Virus record (IMG/VR): IMGVR_UViG_3300025536_000016
Location: 1-63,299 of that record
Origin: a virus
Lineage: Duplodnaviria; Caudoviricetes
Length of the DNA: 63,299 nucleotides
Reading direction: 5' to 3' (one strand)
This document shows, piece after piece, positions 18,560-27,836 of the stretch (positions within the stretch are counted from its first letter, which is position 1; each line of letters opens with the position of its first letter). Position numbers and translations under genes: made by a program. The notes below the pieces were generated by a model, which was not told where the DNA came from, did no database searches, and worked only from the letters and a program-made list of their open reading frames with translations.

Positions 18560-19180
18560 ATGATTGTAAAATATGGAGATTCAGAGGATAGTCCGGAAAG
18601 AGACGCCCTCATATTGGAGATATTACCGAAAGAGACTTTGATTTCAAAAATCATTGAGCCTCAGATTGAGGAACATCTTTTTGAAGCATTGGCAGAATGT
18701 GTAATGGGAGAACTTCAAATCTTTAGAATGTACCCGAAAAAGATTGGTTCTCAACCCATTGAGGAGAAAATTAAAACATTCGACCCGACGAATAACGAGA
18801 CCTGTTTCATGGGAAAAGGATTCAAATCAAATGATGAGCTTCAGGATGTAGAACTGGTGAAATATCGAAAAGCAATTGGCACCATTCCGCATTATGTCTG
18901 GGGAAACGTCACGCTCCTCGAAATCTGGGGAGGAGACCATTTTGAAGATTATCCGGATATGGTCATTGGCGCGTTTGAATATGCTTTCAGATTGAGAGAC
19001 GAGTGCCCGAAAATAAAATTCTACACGAATCCTCTTTTCAAGAATGAGAAATCAAAAGAGTTCAAATTATCCCAAAAACAAAAGGATGAAAAAGAGTTTC
19101 TCGATGATTTACTGGCAAGAGCTCTGGTATATGGTGTGAAAAGTGTCGAACAGGCTCGGAGAGATAGAAAGAGGAGATAA
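18560..19180 (+). CDS. Hypothetical protein
   Basis: Consensus leader, 206 aa. Confidence 0.75.
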   Translation: MIVKYGDSEDSPERDALILEILPKETLISKIIEPQIEEHLFEALAECVMGELQIFRMYPKKIGSQPIEEKIKTFDPTNNETCFMGKGFKSNDELQDVELVKYRKAIGTIPHYVWGNVTLLEIWGGDHFEDYPDMVIGAFEYAFRLRDECPKIKFYTNPLFKNEKSKEFKLSQKQKDEKEFLDDLLARALVYGVKSVEQARRDRKRR

Positions 19181-19184
19181 TAAA

Positions 19185-20063
19185 ATGGGTTGGGCAAAAA
19201 GAAATCGAAATAAAATCTCTCCGGAAATGAAGCGTAAAATTCTCGGAGAAACAATCAACATCATTTATGATAAAATCCCTAAGGTTAAATGCCAGGGGCA
19301 CTGTCATCCCTTCTGTTCCGCAATCGCAATGGAACCTATCGAGAAAGAGCTCATCGAAGAAAAACACGGTTCTTTCCCTGATGGATATGAATTCCTCGAT
19401 GGAGGAGTAAGGTGCGGAAGTTTAACTTCGGATAATAAATGTTCAATCTATGATAAGCGACCTTTGATTTGTAGATTATACGGCGCAACAAAAACAATGA
19501 TGAGCTGCCCGTTAAATTGTGAAGTCGAGGGAGAACAACTCGATGTCGAGGAAGTGAATCGTTTATTTATCGAAATGAAGTTTCTCAATCTGGAATATTA
19601 TTTCCCGAAAAGAGCAGAAGAATTAATGTCCCTCGTCAATTCCGGAAAGGGTGTTGATTTGGAAAAATATTGTGGAGTCCATCTCTTTAATGTTCCGGAG
19701 GAGTTATGGCGAGATGATATGACGGAAAAGAGTGAACACCGGAAAATCCGGAAAACTCTCGAATCGAAAGCCGGTAGGAAATTGACCGAGAAAGATTTCG
19801 AGCTCCATCAGTTCAAAAAGAAAATAAAGATATATTCGGAGATAAAAAACATTCTGGATAATCCCAATGTTTCAGGGAATCAACAAATCAATCTTTTTAA
19901 TCTCGATGGATGGAAAAAGGATAGAGGAGATAAACCACAAAAGATTGATGATATTCAATCATTCTTCAAAAGTGATTTAATTAAATTGAGTGTTCCGGAA
20001 TTATGGAAACTTCTTTTCGATGAGGATATAAAAGATATTAATCAGGAAGTTTCAGGAATATAA
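19185..20063 (+). CDS. YkgJ-family cysteine-cluster (Zn/Fe-chelating) protein
   Basis: CQGHCHPFC...CGSL...CSIYDKRPLICRLY. Confidence 0.75.
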   Translation: MGWAKRNRNKISPEMKRKILGETINIIYDKIPKVKCQGHCHPFCSAIAMEPIEKELIEEKHGSFPDGYEFLDGGVRCGSLTSDNKCSIYDKRPLICRLYGATKTMMSCPLNCEVEGEQLDVEEVNRLFIEMKFLNLEYYFPKRAEELMSLVNSGKGVDLEKYCGVHLFNVPEELWRDDMTEKSEHRKIRKTLESKAGRKLTEKDFELHQFKKKIKIYSEIKNILDNPNVSGNQQINLFNLDGWKKDRGDKPQKIDDIQSFFKSDLIKLSVPELWKLLFDEDIKDINQEVSGI

Positions 20064-20070
20064 AAATCTT

Positions 20071-20571
20071 ATGAATGAAGAAACAGAAGTAGATTCACAA
20101 GCGATTGAAGAAATAGAAGAATTAAAAATTGATATTCTTCCTCCGGAGAAACCGAAAAAGGTAAAGGGAAACCTAAAGGATAAAAAGACGAGCAAAGGTA
20201 AACCGACTCCGAAGCATATAATCGCTGCAATCATTGGGGCATATCTCTCCGGAAAGTATCAATCGCAACTCGAAATCGCGGACGCCGTAGGGACATCAAT
20301 CTCGAATGTAGAAAACACAATCTCCTCGATTCCGAAAGAATATATTATTCTCAAAGATGAGGCGGTCAATCAGAGAATAGCTTTGAAAGTTGTTGAATTT
20401 ATCGAGGAGGGCTTTGAATCATTGAAACATCTTGATAATCATTTCCGGAATGAAGCATGGTTGATGAATCAGGACGCAGAACAACTCGGAAAGCTTTACG
20501 GAATCAAGGCTGATAAGATACGAATGATTATGGAAGCAATCGAAAGAGCCAATCGTTCCGGAGGAGAGTAA
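20071..20571 (+). CDS. HTH protein (candidate terminase small subunit or regulator)
   Basis: SQLEIADAVGTSISNV helix-turn-helix followed by helical region. Confidence 0.5.
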   Translation: MNEETEVDSQAIEEIEELKIDILPPEKPKKVKGNLKDKKTSKGKPTPKHIIAAIIGAYLSGKYQSQLEIADAVGTSISNVENTISSIPKEYIILKDEAVNQRIALKVVEFIEEGFESLKHLDNHFRNEAWLMNQDAEQLGKLYGIKADKIRMIMEAIERANRSGGE

Positions 20572-20572
20572 A

Positions 20573-20920
20573 ATGTCAGATATTAATCCAGAGAGAAAAT
20601 ATTTTACAGATACGGAAATTTTGAATTATCTCCTCGATTGGATGAGGAGAAATCAATCAGAACCATTCGTTTATGGGCACAGATTAGGTTCTCAGTTAAT
20701 TAAGGTTGGAAGGATGAGAGAGGGAATCAATCTTGAATTATGGAAAGAACATCAGAAAATCATGAAAGAGGTCGAAGAAGCTCAACAAAGAGAAGATATT
20801 GCCAATTTCGTGAAATTTCCTCATTCGATTCAATTGTGTGAATATTGTGGAGGATTTGAAAGGCATAAACCCAAGTGTCCTCGCTTAAAAGAATTAATGG
20901 CTTCAAAGGATGGTAAATAA
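20573..20920 (+). CDS. Hypothetical protein
   Basis: CEYCGG...HKPKCP motif. Confidence 0.6.
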   Translation: MSDINPERKYFTDTEILNYLLDWMRRNQSEPFVYGHRLGSQLIKVGRMREGINLELWKEHQKIMKEVEEAQQREDIANFVKFPHSIQLCEYCGGFERHKPKCPRLKELMASKDGK

Positions 20921-21137
20921 ACATCATGATAAATGATAAGGACTTGAAGATAAAAGACGATTAGGCTCGATTGTAGAGAGGAAGGAATGAAGATTTTAGA
21001 CAGATTAATATTGATTTTTAGGATTTTGGAGAATTTATTCAAATTTCTCTATGATTTTTTCTGGGGCTTGAGTGAAATCATTCTCCAGATTAAAACTTAT
21101 CTGAATCTTAGGAATCCGGAGGATAACCATAAAAAGC

Positions 21138-21374
21138 ATGATAGTTAAATGCACGAATTGTGGAAAAGAGGAGAATGTAACAGATGCTTGGATGGGCGCC
21201 GCCCTTGAATTCGAGCATAATTGGAAGATTCTCCCAGATTTGGAGTTCGCCACTTGCGGAGATTGCAATAAATCTCTGGATGATATAAATAAATTGAGGG
21301 AAATATGCGAAAATATCGGAAAGGAATCAAACAACCTCCAGTTAAATCTCTCAGTTGGGACGAATGGCTCCTGA
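21138..21374 (+). CDS. Small Zn-ribbon protein
   Basis: CTNC...CGDC; GGAGGAT upstream. Confidence 0.65.
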   Translation: MIVKCTNCGKEENVTDAWMGAALEFEHNWKILPDLEFATCGDCNKSLDDINKLREICENIGKESNNLQLNLSVGTNGS

Positions 21375-21504
21375 TAATCATCGCTTTATTGATGTTTATT
21401 TCAGGATTTATTAGAATTTGATACAATATCTCATCTGTGAAAGATATTGAAAAATCAACCACTTAGTTAAAAGGTGCCACCGGAGAGTATCAGAGGAGTG
21501 AAAC

Positions 21505-21756
21505 ATGGAGAAAGTGCAGAAAAGCCCATTCGATTCAAAGGAAGATTATTTGAAATTCATGAGTGAATTTCTTGGAGTATCTGAGGAGAATTCAAAGCTC
21601 AGAATGGAGGATATTAAATTCTTTGAGGAGAGAGGATTTAATTTCAGGGAATCAATAAACCGCTGTCTCGATATGAACTACGGTTTTACAAAGACAGAAT
21701 ATTTTCTAAATCTCCCAGAGGAAAAACAGAATAGTGATAAATTAATTTTAAGATAG
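21505..21756 (+). CDS. Hypothetical protein
   Basis: GAGGAG RBS. Confidence 0.65.
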   Translation: MEKVQKSPFDSKEDYLKFMSEFLGVSEENSKLRMEDIKFFEERGFNFRESINRCLDMNYGFTKTEYFLNLPEEKQNSDKLILR

Positions 21757-21768
21757 GAGGATGAATAA

Positions 21769-21939
21769 ATGTTAAAAAGTCAGGTTAGAAATTATGCAGC
21801 AGCAAATGGTGTTGTTGCGAAATATTCAGGGAGGAGTCGCCAATGGCATTTCTCGAAAAACCGAATCCAAGTCTCCAGAGGGCACAAGGATTTAACACAA
21901 AAGAAATTGGATAATAGTTTCCAAAAATTCAATCAATAA
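21769..21939 (+). CDS. Small basic hypothetical protein (56 aa; not in ORF track)
   Basis: AGGAGG RBS; MLKSQVRNYAAANGVVAKYSG... Confidence 0.55.
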   Translation: MLKSQVRNYAAANGVVAKYSGRSRQWHFSKNRIQVSRGHKDLTQKKLDNSFQKFNQ

Positions 21940-21953
21940 TCGAGGGAAAATCA

Positions 21954-22181
21954 ATGAAAAATAAAATCAAGGAATATAGTGCTTTGATTCATAAAATCAG
22001 GAAGAAAATAAATGATTTTACGAAATCGGTATATCCTGAATATAACGAAATCTTTCATCAGGTTTTCGCGGAGTTTGATTGCCCGACCTCTCCGATAAAA
22101 TTATGTATTTTTGAATTATCGGAGAAAGGTATTCCTGAAAGGTGTCTGTTCTGCCATCTTTCCGTAAATAGAAATAAATAG
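21954..22181 (+). CDS. Hypothetical Cys-containing protein
   Basis: DCPTSPIKLC...CLFC. Confidence 0.6.
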   Translation: MKNKIKEYSALIHKIRKKINDFTKSVYPEYNEIFHQVFAEFDCPTSPIKLCIFELSEKGIPERCLFCHLSVNRNK

Positions 22182-22195
22182 AGAGGATAATAATT

Positions 22196-22492
22196 ATGCA
22201 TCCAGTAACTCCGGTCTTTCCGGATAATATTTGTAAACATCCCAAAAAGGGCGAAGAATCATTCTGTCCTGATTGCGGAGAGGTTTTTGTCGCAGAGAAG
22301 CAGGAGGAATATCAAACACTCCCTGTGATTTATATCGAGGGAGGAAACTCCTGCATCTCGCGTTGGGAATTATCAGAGGAGGAGATAAAGCACATTATCG
22401 AAACGAAATCAATTTATCTCATTCAATCGAATTTCGGTAAAGCAATCGCTCCAATGATGATTTCTTGCTTTCCGGATGGGAGGGAAATATAA
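22196..22492 (+). CDS. Hypothetical phage protein
   Basis: AEKQEEYQTLP...SRWELSEEE; GAGGAT RBS. Confidence 0.7.
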   Translation: MHPVTPVFPDNICKHPKKGEESFCPDCGEVFVAEKQEEYQTLPVIYIEGGNSCISRWELSEEEIKHIIETKSIYLIQSNFGKAIAPMMISCFPDGREI

Positions 22493-22494
22493 TC

Positions 22495-23388
22495 ATGATT
22501 CAGGAAATCAATTCAGAACAACTAAATCTTAACCCGAATCGGCTTTATAATAATCCGACCGGATGGTTCAAAGATGGAGATACATATAGCCCGATTCCGG
22601 CTTATTCAAAAGTCCTTGATTCAGGGATTTATTTCATCCAGATAAACGAGGGTGCTTTAGCCTTCACAAAAACGGAATTATCTACGGATGAGATATTCGA
22701 GATTGGTAACACAATTTCAGATAAGGTTTTAATTTCCCTCGATAATTTCTGGGCGAAGGAATCCGAAATCAAAAAGGGAGGAATCACTTATAAGCGAGGC
22801 TTCCTCTTTCATGGGAAACCGGGCTGTGGTAAGACGACGCTCCTAAATCAAATCTCCCAACATTTAATCCAGAGGGACGGAATAGTTATTGTTGGTTCGG
22901 AGCCAAATCTAACAATTGAGGCTTTAACCCAATTGAGGAGAATCGAACCGACGAGAAAGCTCGCTGTATTATGGGAGGACTTTGAAGGATTCCTGAATGG
23001 GTTCGGCGAAGAAAATCTTCTCTCGCTCTTCGATGGTCAACGGCAAGTTGATAATGTGATTCATATCTGCACGACGAATTATCTGGATGATATTCCTCAC
23101 AGATTCAAATCCCGCCCGAGCCGAATTGATGAAGTCATCGAAATTGAGCCTCCGACCGAGGAAGCCCGATTGATTTTCTTGGCTAAATTATTCAAGAAAT
23201 ATGATAAAGAATTCTTTGATGGAGATTATTGGCTGAAGGATACGGAAGGGATGCCATTCGCTCATATCAAGGAACTTTTTATCTCCGTGAAAATCCTCGA
23301 TTATGATTACAAAACCACTCTGGAAAGATTGAAATCAAATATCAATCAGAATGATTCAGACGGGAGCGGAGTGTTCGGAAAGGATTAA
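22495..23388 (+). CDS. AAA+ ATPase (BCS1/FtsH-like single domain)
   Basis: GFLFHGKPGCGKT, LWEDFE, TTNY, RPSRID. Confidence 0.88.
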   Translation: MIQEINSEQLNLNPNRLYNNPTGWFKDGDTYSPIPAYSKVLDSGIYFIQINEGALAFTKTELSTDEIFEIGNTISDKVLISLDNFWAKESEIKKGGITYKRGFLFHGKPGCGKTTLLNQISQHLIQRDGIVIVGSEPNLTIEALTQLRRIEPTRKLAVLWEDFEGFLNGFGEENLLSLFDGQRQVDNVIHICTTNYLDDIPHRFKSRPSRIDEVIEIEPPTEEARLIFLAKLFKKYDKEFFDGDYWLKDTEGMPFAHIKELFISVKILDYDYKTTLERLKSNINQNDSDGSGVFGKD

Positions 23389-23416
23389 TTATTAAATCTG
23401 AGGAGAGATAAAAATA

Positions 23417-23623
23417 ATGTTCAACGGGAGCCCAGCTCAACAAAAATGTGATGAAACCTTAGAGCGATTAAAAGTCGCTCTAAGGGAATATGAGGAGGAG
23501 GGCAATCTTTTCGCAAAGAGTGTCACTATCCGGAGATTTGGGAATGGTAATTTGATGGATTTCGTAATTAATTTTACATCTGATAAAGAATCCCTGAAAG
23601 ACCAAATCAGTAAAAAGAAATGA
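23417..23623 (+). CDS. Hypothetical protein
   Basis: GAGGAG RBS; overlaps terminase start. Confidence 0.6.
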   Translation: MFNGSPAQQKCDETLERLKVALREYEEEGNLFAKSVTIRRFGNGNLMDFVINFTSDKESLKDQISKKK

Positions 23624-25386
23624 GTATATTATCCTCGATTAAACTTCCCTCGATGCTTCGGTTTCAAAAGACCGATGAAGAATTATTCCGTGAATATCAG
23701 GAAAAACAAAAACAAAAATCCATCCCGAAAATGTTTCAGACAGGTGAACCCGAATTAAAGGGATTAGCGAAAGAAGCAAAAGAAAAGATGGAGAAATTTA
23801 TTGCTGAGAATTCCAAATTCGTGCCCATTGTCGAATGGATTGAAAAGAACATGTATAATTGGAAAACTGTCAAGGAATATAAAGGGCAGTTCGATTATAC
23901 TCATGCGAAATTATTGGAGCTTCAAGATTATCAAAAAAGAATCCTGAATCATGTTCTCACTCCAAAGGATAATGGTAAATTTCCCTATCAGACAATAATC
24001 TGGTCTCAACCGAAGAAACACGGGAAAACCCAAATCGCGGCGTGTGTTGGAGGGTGGTGGAGTTGCATTATAGAGGCGCCTAATCTGATTTTAACCCTTG
24101 CGTCGAATCAGGAACAGAGCGCCGGTTTAATCTTCAAATCTGCTCGACCCAGTCTATTTGCCAAAGGCGGCAAAGTTCCCTTTCATACGACTTCAAAGCC
24201 GGAAATTATCCTCCCTAATGGAAGCACCTTTCAGGCAATCCCGAATAACTATGCTGGACAGGCAGGAGGAGATTATGGTTTAACCCTCTGGTCAGAACTT
24301 TGGACATATCGTCTTGAATCAGATTTCAGATTATTCGAGGAACTTCCGCCCGTCCCGACACGATTCAACTCGATTCGATGGATTGAGAGTTACGCAGGAT
24401 TCGAGGATGAATCCAAATTATTAAAAGATGAATATTTAAGAGTTTTTGAAGATACTTCAAAGGATGCAGTCGTTAAATCTCTCTCGAAATTCGGAAATGA
24501 GATTGAGCCCGTGCCAGGTCTGGAGGACATTCAATCTCGCGGGATTCCCTGTTGCTACCATATTCCGAAAGAAAAATTCTTTATTTTTTGGGACCACGAA
24601 ATCCGAGCAACATGGATTGACGATGAAGAAATCGCGGTTCAGAAATCCAACACTCGACACTCGACATTCGTCCGCCTGTGGCAGAATGATTGGCAGAGTT
24701 CTGAGGGAACTTTTATTTCTCCGGAGGAATTGGATGCCTGTAAAACCCTTGACGAGAGAGGAGACCTTTCACCGATGGTCATCGCAATTGATGCTTCTAT
24801 GAGGAATGACACGATTTCAATTGTCGGAGCATCGAAGAAAGAAGTCGAGTTATTCGGCAAAAAGATGGATAGATTCCGATTAAGATATTGCGAAATCTAT
24901 TCTCCGAAAAGAAATAAAAATTCTCCGGAACTGATTGCTCTCGGAGCCCATAAGCACGATGCTGATTTGGAGAAAATCATTATTCCGAAAATCGTCAATC
25001 TCTGGAATATGGGATTAATCCTCGGTTCCGTTTATTATGACCCGTTTCAGCTCCATTCCATCGCGATGAAGCTCCGAGAAATGGGAATCCCTTGTAAAGA
25101 ATTCAATCAGGGAAACATGAGATTATTGGCTGATACTCATCTCTGGAAAATCATCAACGAAAAAAGATTGGATTTATATCCTCATCCGGAACTTGAGGAA
25201 CACATGCTCTCCGCAAAGGCGAAAGAATATGAAAACGAGATGATTCGATTAATCAAGGGAACTGCAACAGAAGCGAAAAAGATTGATGCCGCCGTAGGTT
25301 TATCAATGGCGACTTATATGGCTTCAATCCTGAAAGATATTCCTCCGGATGAGGATGCTTCAGGAAGTTTTTCCTATGTAACGTAA
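23620..25386 (+). CDS. terL: Terminase large subunit
   Basis: LQDYQKRIL Q-motif, QPKKHGKT Walker A, TLWSELW Walker-B-like, IAIDAS, YYDPFQ, KIDAAVG nuclease motifs. Confidence 0.9.
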   Translation: MSILSSIKLPSMLRFQKTDEELFREYQEKQKQKSIPKMFQTGEPELKGLAKEAKEKMEKFIAENSKFVPIVEWIEKNMYNWKTVKEYKGQFDYTHAKLLELQDYQKRILNHVLTPKDNGKFPYQTIIWSQPKKHGKTQIAACVGGWWSCIIEAPNLILTLASNQEQSAGLIFKSARPSLFAKGGKVPFHTTSKPEIILPNGSTFQAIPNNYAGQAGGDYGLTLWSELWTYRLESDFRLFEELPPVPTRFNSIRWIESYAGFEDESKLLKDEYLRVFEDTSKDAVVKSLSKFGNEIEPVPGLEDIQSRGIPCCYHIPKEKFFIFWDHEIRATWIDDEEIAVQKSNTRHSTFVRLWQNDWQSSEGTFISPEELDACKTLDERGDLSPMVIAIDASMRNDTISIVGASKKEVELFGKKMDRFRLRYCEIYSPKRNKNSPELIALGAHKHDADLEKIIIPKIVNLWNMGLILGSVYYDPFQLHSIAMKLREMGIPCKEFNQGNMRLLADTHLWKIINEKRLDLYPHPELEEHMLSAKAKEYENEMIRLIKGTATEAKKIDAAVGLSMATYMASILKDIPPDEDASGSFSYVT

Positions 25387-25392
25387 AATAAA

Positions 25393-25443
25393 TGTCAATA
25401 ATTGACAAATTTTGTTGAATTAATTTGAAAACTATGAGAATAT
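25393..25443 (+). promoter_or_regulatory. Operator plus promoter upstream of the ncRNA region
   Basis: TGTCA-ataat-TGACA (25393-25407), TTGAAT (25415), TG-n-GAATAT (25438). Confidence 0.6.
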
Positions 25444-25489
25444 AGTCTATTCCTTTGAAAAGAAAGGGATATTTGATTTTTGACAATTT

Positions 25490-25612
25490 AATATTTTTTC
25501 ATCTGGGTTGATGAGTCCTAGCTAGAGGGAGGAGAGAATAGGCCTCGTATTTCATTCTTTATCCTCGGCGATTCTTTCTTTCCTGATTCATCAATCCAGA
25601 TGAAAAAATATT
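25490..25612 (+). ncRNA. Long hairpin RNA candidate with anti-RBS sequence in its loop
   Basis: 28-bp arms 25490-25517 / 25585-25612 with two G-U pairs on the + strand; loop holds CATTCTTTATCCTCG. Confidence 0.5.
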
Positions 25613-25617
25613 GATAT

Positions 25618-25746
25618 TCAGGGAGAATGCGGAAAGGTCTACAACTTTAGGACGCTGGTTCAAATCCAGCCTGCGGAGAAATCCAAAGTAGCTCAGATGG
25701 ATAGAGCGGAAGTCTTACCCGACTTTTCAAAATCTTGTCTCCCTGA
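25618..25746 (+). ncRNA. Circularly permuted tRNA-like RNA (YrlA-type Y RNA candidate)
   Basis: T-arm GCTGG-TTCAAAT-CCAGC precedes a loop-closed acceptor stem and D-arm GCTC-AGATGGATA-GAGC; ends pair (TCAGGGAGA/TCTCCCTGA). Confidence 0.8.
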
Positions 25747-25830
25747 TTTAATCGTTATTTTCGGATGGTTTTAGGACGATGAAAAATAAAAGAAAACCAT
25801 CCAAAAAATAAATTAAATCGAGGATAAACG

Positions 25831-26295
25831 ATGAAAAAATTTGAAAAGGCAACGACGTTCGAGCGGAAGGGAAAATTAGCCCCTCCTCCAAAGAACGAAG
25901 AAGTCTGGATGAACGATAAATATCAGGTCAATCTAAGGATTGCAGGGAAAATGGAAAATGGAGATTTGATTCATCTTTCCATTAAACGTCGTGACAAAGA
26001 GGCGATTCATGATTGGAGGGATTTTCAGGAAATCAAGAACATGCTTTGTGGAAAAGAAACTTGTGCACTTGAAATATATCCTCCGGAATCGAAATTAGTC
26101 GACACGGCGAATCAATATCATCTCTGGGTTTTTGATTCCGGAGATTATTTTCCATTCATGTTTCAGATGCGGGTAGTTTCTGAGGATGAATCAATCGGCA
26201 ATAAGCAAAGACCGTTTGAAATCAAACCTCCGGATTTAGTATCTCCGGAAAGGATGAAAGAACTGGTCGAGAAATACAAAAAAGAGTTGGAGTAA
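25831..26295 (+). CDS. Conserved phage hypothetical protein
   Basis: HLSIKRRD...DWRDFQEIKN...EIYP...LVDTANQYHLW. Confidence 0.75.
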   Translation: MKKFEKATTFERKGKLAPPPKNEEVWMNDKYQVNLRIAGKMENGDLIHLSIKRRDKEAIHDWRDFQEIKNMLCGKETCALEIYPPESKLVDTANQYHLWVFDSGDYFPFMFQMRVVSEDESIGNKQRPFEIKPPDLVSPERMKELVEKYKKELE

Positions 26296-26299
26296 AATT

Positions 26300-26383
26300 A
26301 TGGAAAGACGTGGTTTATTTTTAGTCGTGATTTCGGTTTTTCTGGGAATCTTCATTAGCATAGGCTACGTCTTTTCCAGATAA
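26300..26383 (+). CDS. 27-aa single-TM peptide (not in ORF track)
   Basis: MERRGLFLVVISVFLGIFISIGYVFSR; GGAG RBS. Confidence 0.45.
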   Translation: MERRGLFLVVISVFLGIFISIGYVFSR

Positions 26384-26410
26384 TCAATAAATCAATCAGA
26401 GGATAAAAGA

Positions 26411-26929
26411 ATGAAAAATTATAGTATTTACATAGCTGCTTCATGGAAACATAGGCACGCTGTCGAAATGTTAACTTCTCTTTTGAGAAAATCAGGACAC
26501 GAGATTTTCTCATTCGTGGAGAACAATCATCTGGAGGGGCAGAAGGGATTCGACTTCGAGGAATGGGTTAAAACCCAAGATGCCTATGATTCTTTTCAAT
26601 ACGATTCCAAATCAGCCATGGCTGCCGATATTACAATTTATATTGCTCCCTCCGGAAAGGATGCCGCCGCTGAAGTGGGAATGGCTTATTCCTCCGGAAA
26701 AATCATTCTGGGATTATGGGCAAAGGGCGAGGATTTTGGCTTGATGCGAAGGATGTTCGATTCTTGGTTTGATAATCATCAATCATTACTTGAATTCATT
26801 CAGGAATTACGACAGCCAATTTCTGCCGAGAAAGATTATATCGTCGAAAGAATCGAGGAAGCCCATCCTAAAGATTCAAAAAATTTCCCTAAATCTGTCA
26901 TGGATTTACCCATTCAATCAATCTATTAA
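26411..26929 (+). CDS. Nucleoside 2'-deoxyribosyltransferase-like protein
   Basis: IYIAASW, D...ADI, SGKDAAAEVGMAY. Confidence 0.7.
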   Translation: MKNYSIYIAASWKHRHAVEMLTSLLRKSGHEIFSFVENNHLEGQKGFDFEEWVKTQDAYDSFQYDSKSAMAADITIYIAPSGKDAAAEVGMAYSSGKIILGLWAKGEDFGLMRRMFDSWFDNHQSLLEFIQELRQPISAEKDYIVERIEEAHPKDSKNFPKSVMDLPIQSIY

Positions 26930-26956
26930 ATCGAGGATAAAAAGGAAGAAAAAAGA

Positions 26957-27368
26957 ATGCAAGAAACTATAAAAGAATTAGGTAATGATGTTGAAAATCT
27001 GGATGATATGATGTTCGAGGTCATGAATCCGGAGACACTTAAAGAAATGAAGGACACGGAGCTTGAATCAATCATAATTGATTTAGAATATCTTTACAAA
27101 GAAATCGTCAAGCCCTTCTATGAGAATCAGAAAAATGTCATCTCCGAATTAATCCGGAGAAAGGGAGTCGACCATTATTTTCAGGATGAGGAAACCGGCG
27201 CTGTCCTGAAAACCTCTCCGAAAGACGGAACTTTCGTGTCATTTTTCCCTTATCAAATCCAGAGAACACGGTTCTCTGGATGAGGAAGCAAAACAATCCC
27301 TCTCGAATAAGGATGCGGAAGAAAAAGGTTTTATCTTGAAACTGGGAGACCGGAGAAAGAAAAAATGA
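26957..27368 (+). CDS. Hypothetical protein, apparently frameshifted (stop at 27283; +1 frame continues to 27368)
   Basis: +1 frame EEAKQSLSNKDAEEKGF... ends in an ATGA overlap with the next gene. Confidence 0.55.
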
Positions 27369-27712
27369 TAATCCTCATTGGAGATTCAGGAATCGGTTCT
27401 CTCGCCCGGCATATTATTCATTATCTCAGAGCTCATGGTTTCCATCCTGTTTTAAGTTCCGAGGTTCCTGACGCGACTCCTGTCCCGAATTTCGACTCAT
27501 TTAGGAAGATTCTACACAACGCGTTCGGAGGAATAAATCCTCCGGACATTTCGAGAGAAAAATTTCTAATCGAGGAAAAGAAATCCAGAGGAGGAAAATC
27601 TTTTCATCAGGTGAATTCAAATTCATTTTTCAAGAAAGAAAATTATTCGGAGAGGAAATCAAAGATTGATTATAAAAGATTCAATCGGAAATCTCCGAGG
27701 TTCAGATTTTAG
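27365..27712 (+). CDS. Hypothetical protein
   Basis: MIILIGDSGIG start, basic C-terminus. Confidence 0.6.
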   Translation: MIILIGDSGIGSLARHIIHYLRAHGFHPVLSSEVPDATPVPNFDSFRKILHNAFGGINPPDISREKFLIEEKKSRGGKSFHQVNSNSFFKKENYSERKSKIDYKRFNRKSPRFRF

Positions 27713-27836
27713 GGTTGCGGAGTCATTCTCCGCTTGAGCCAAGAATGGAATCAACCAGTGAGAACGGGGTTAGGTGGCTGACTAAATATAATTACCCCGT
27801 CCATTAATTAAATCGAGGATAAAAGAGGATAAAAGA

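Noticed and set aside
25508-25530. Fifth hammerhead (TTGATGAGTCC...), also CTGATGA at 11281
   Set aside because: No matching GAAA/UH core or three-stem junction
25644-25713. Canonical tRNA gene
   Set aside because: T-arm precedes D-arm, no anticodon loop or CCA; reported as a permuted mimic instead
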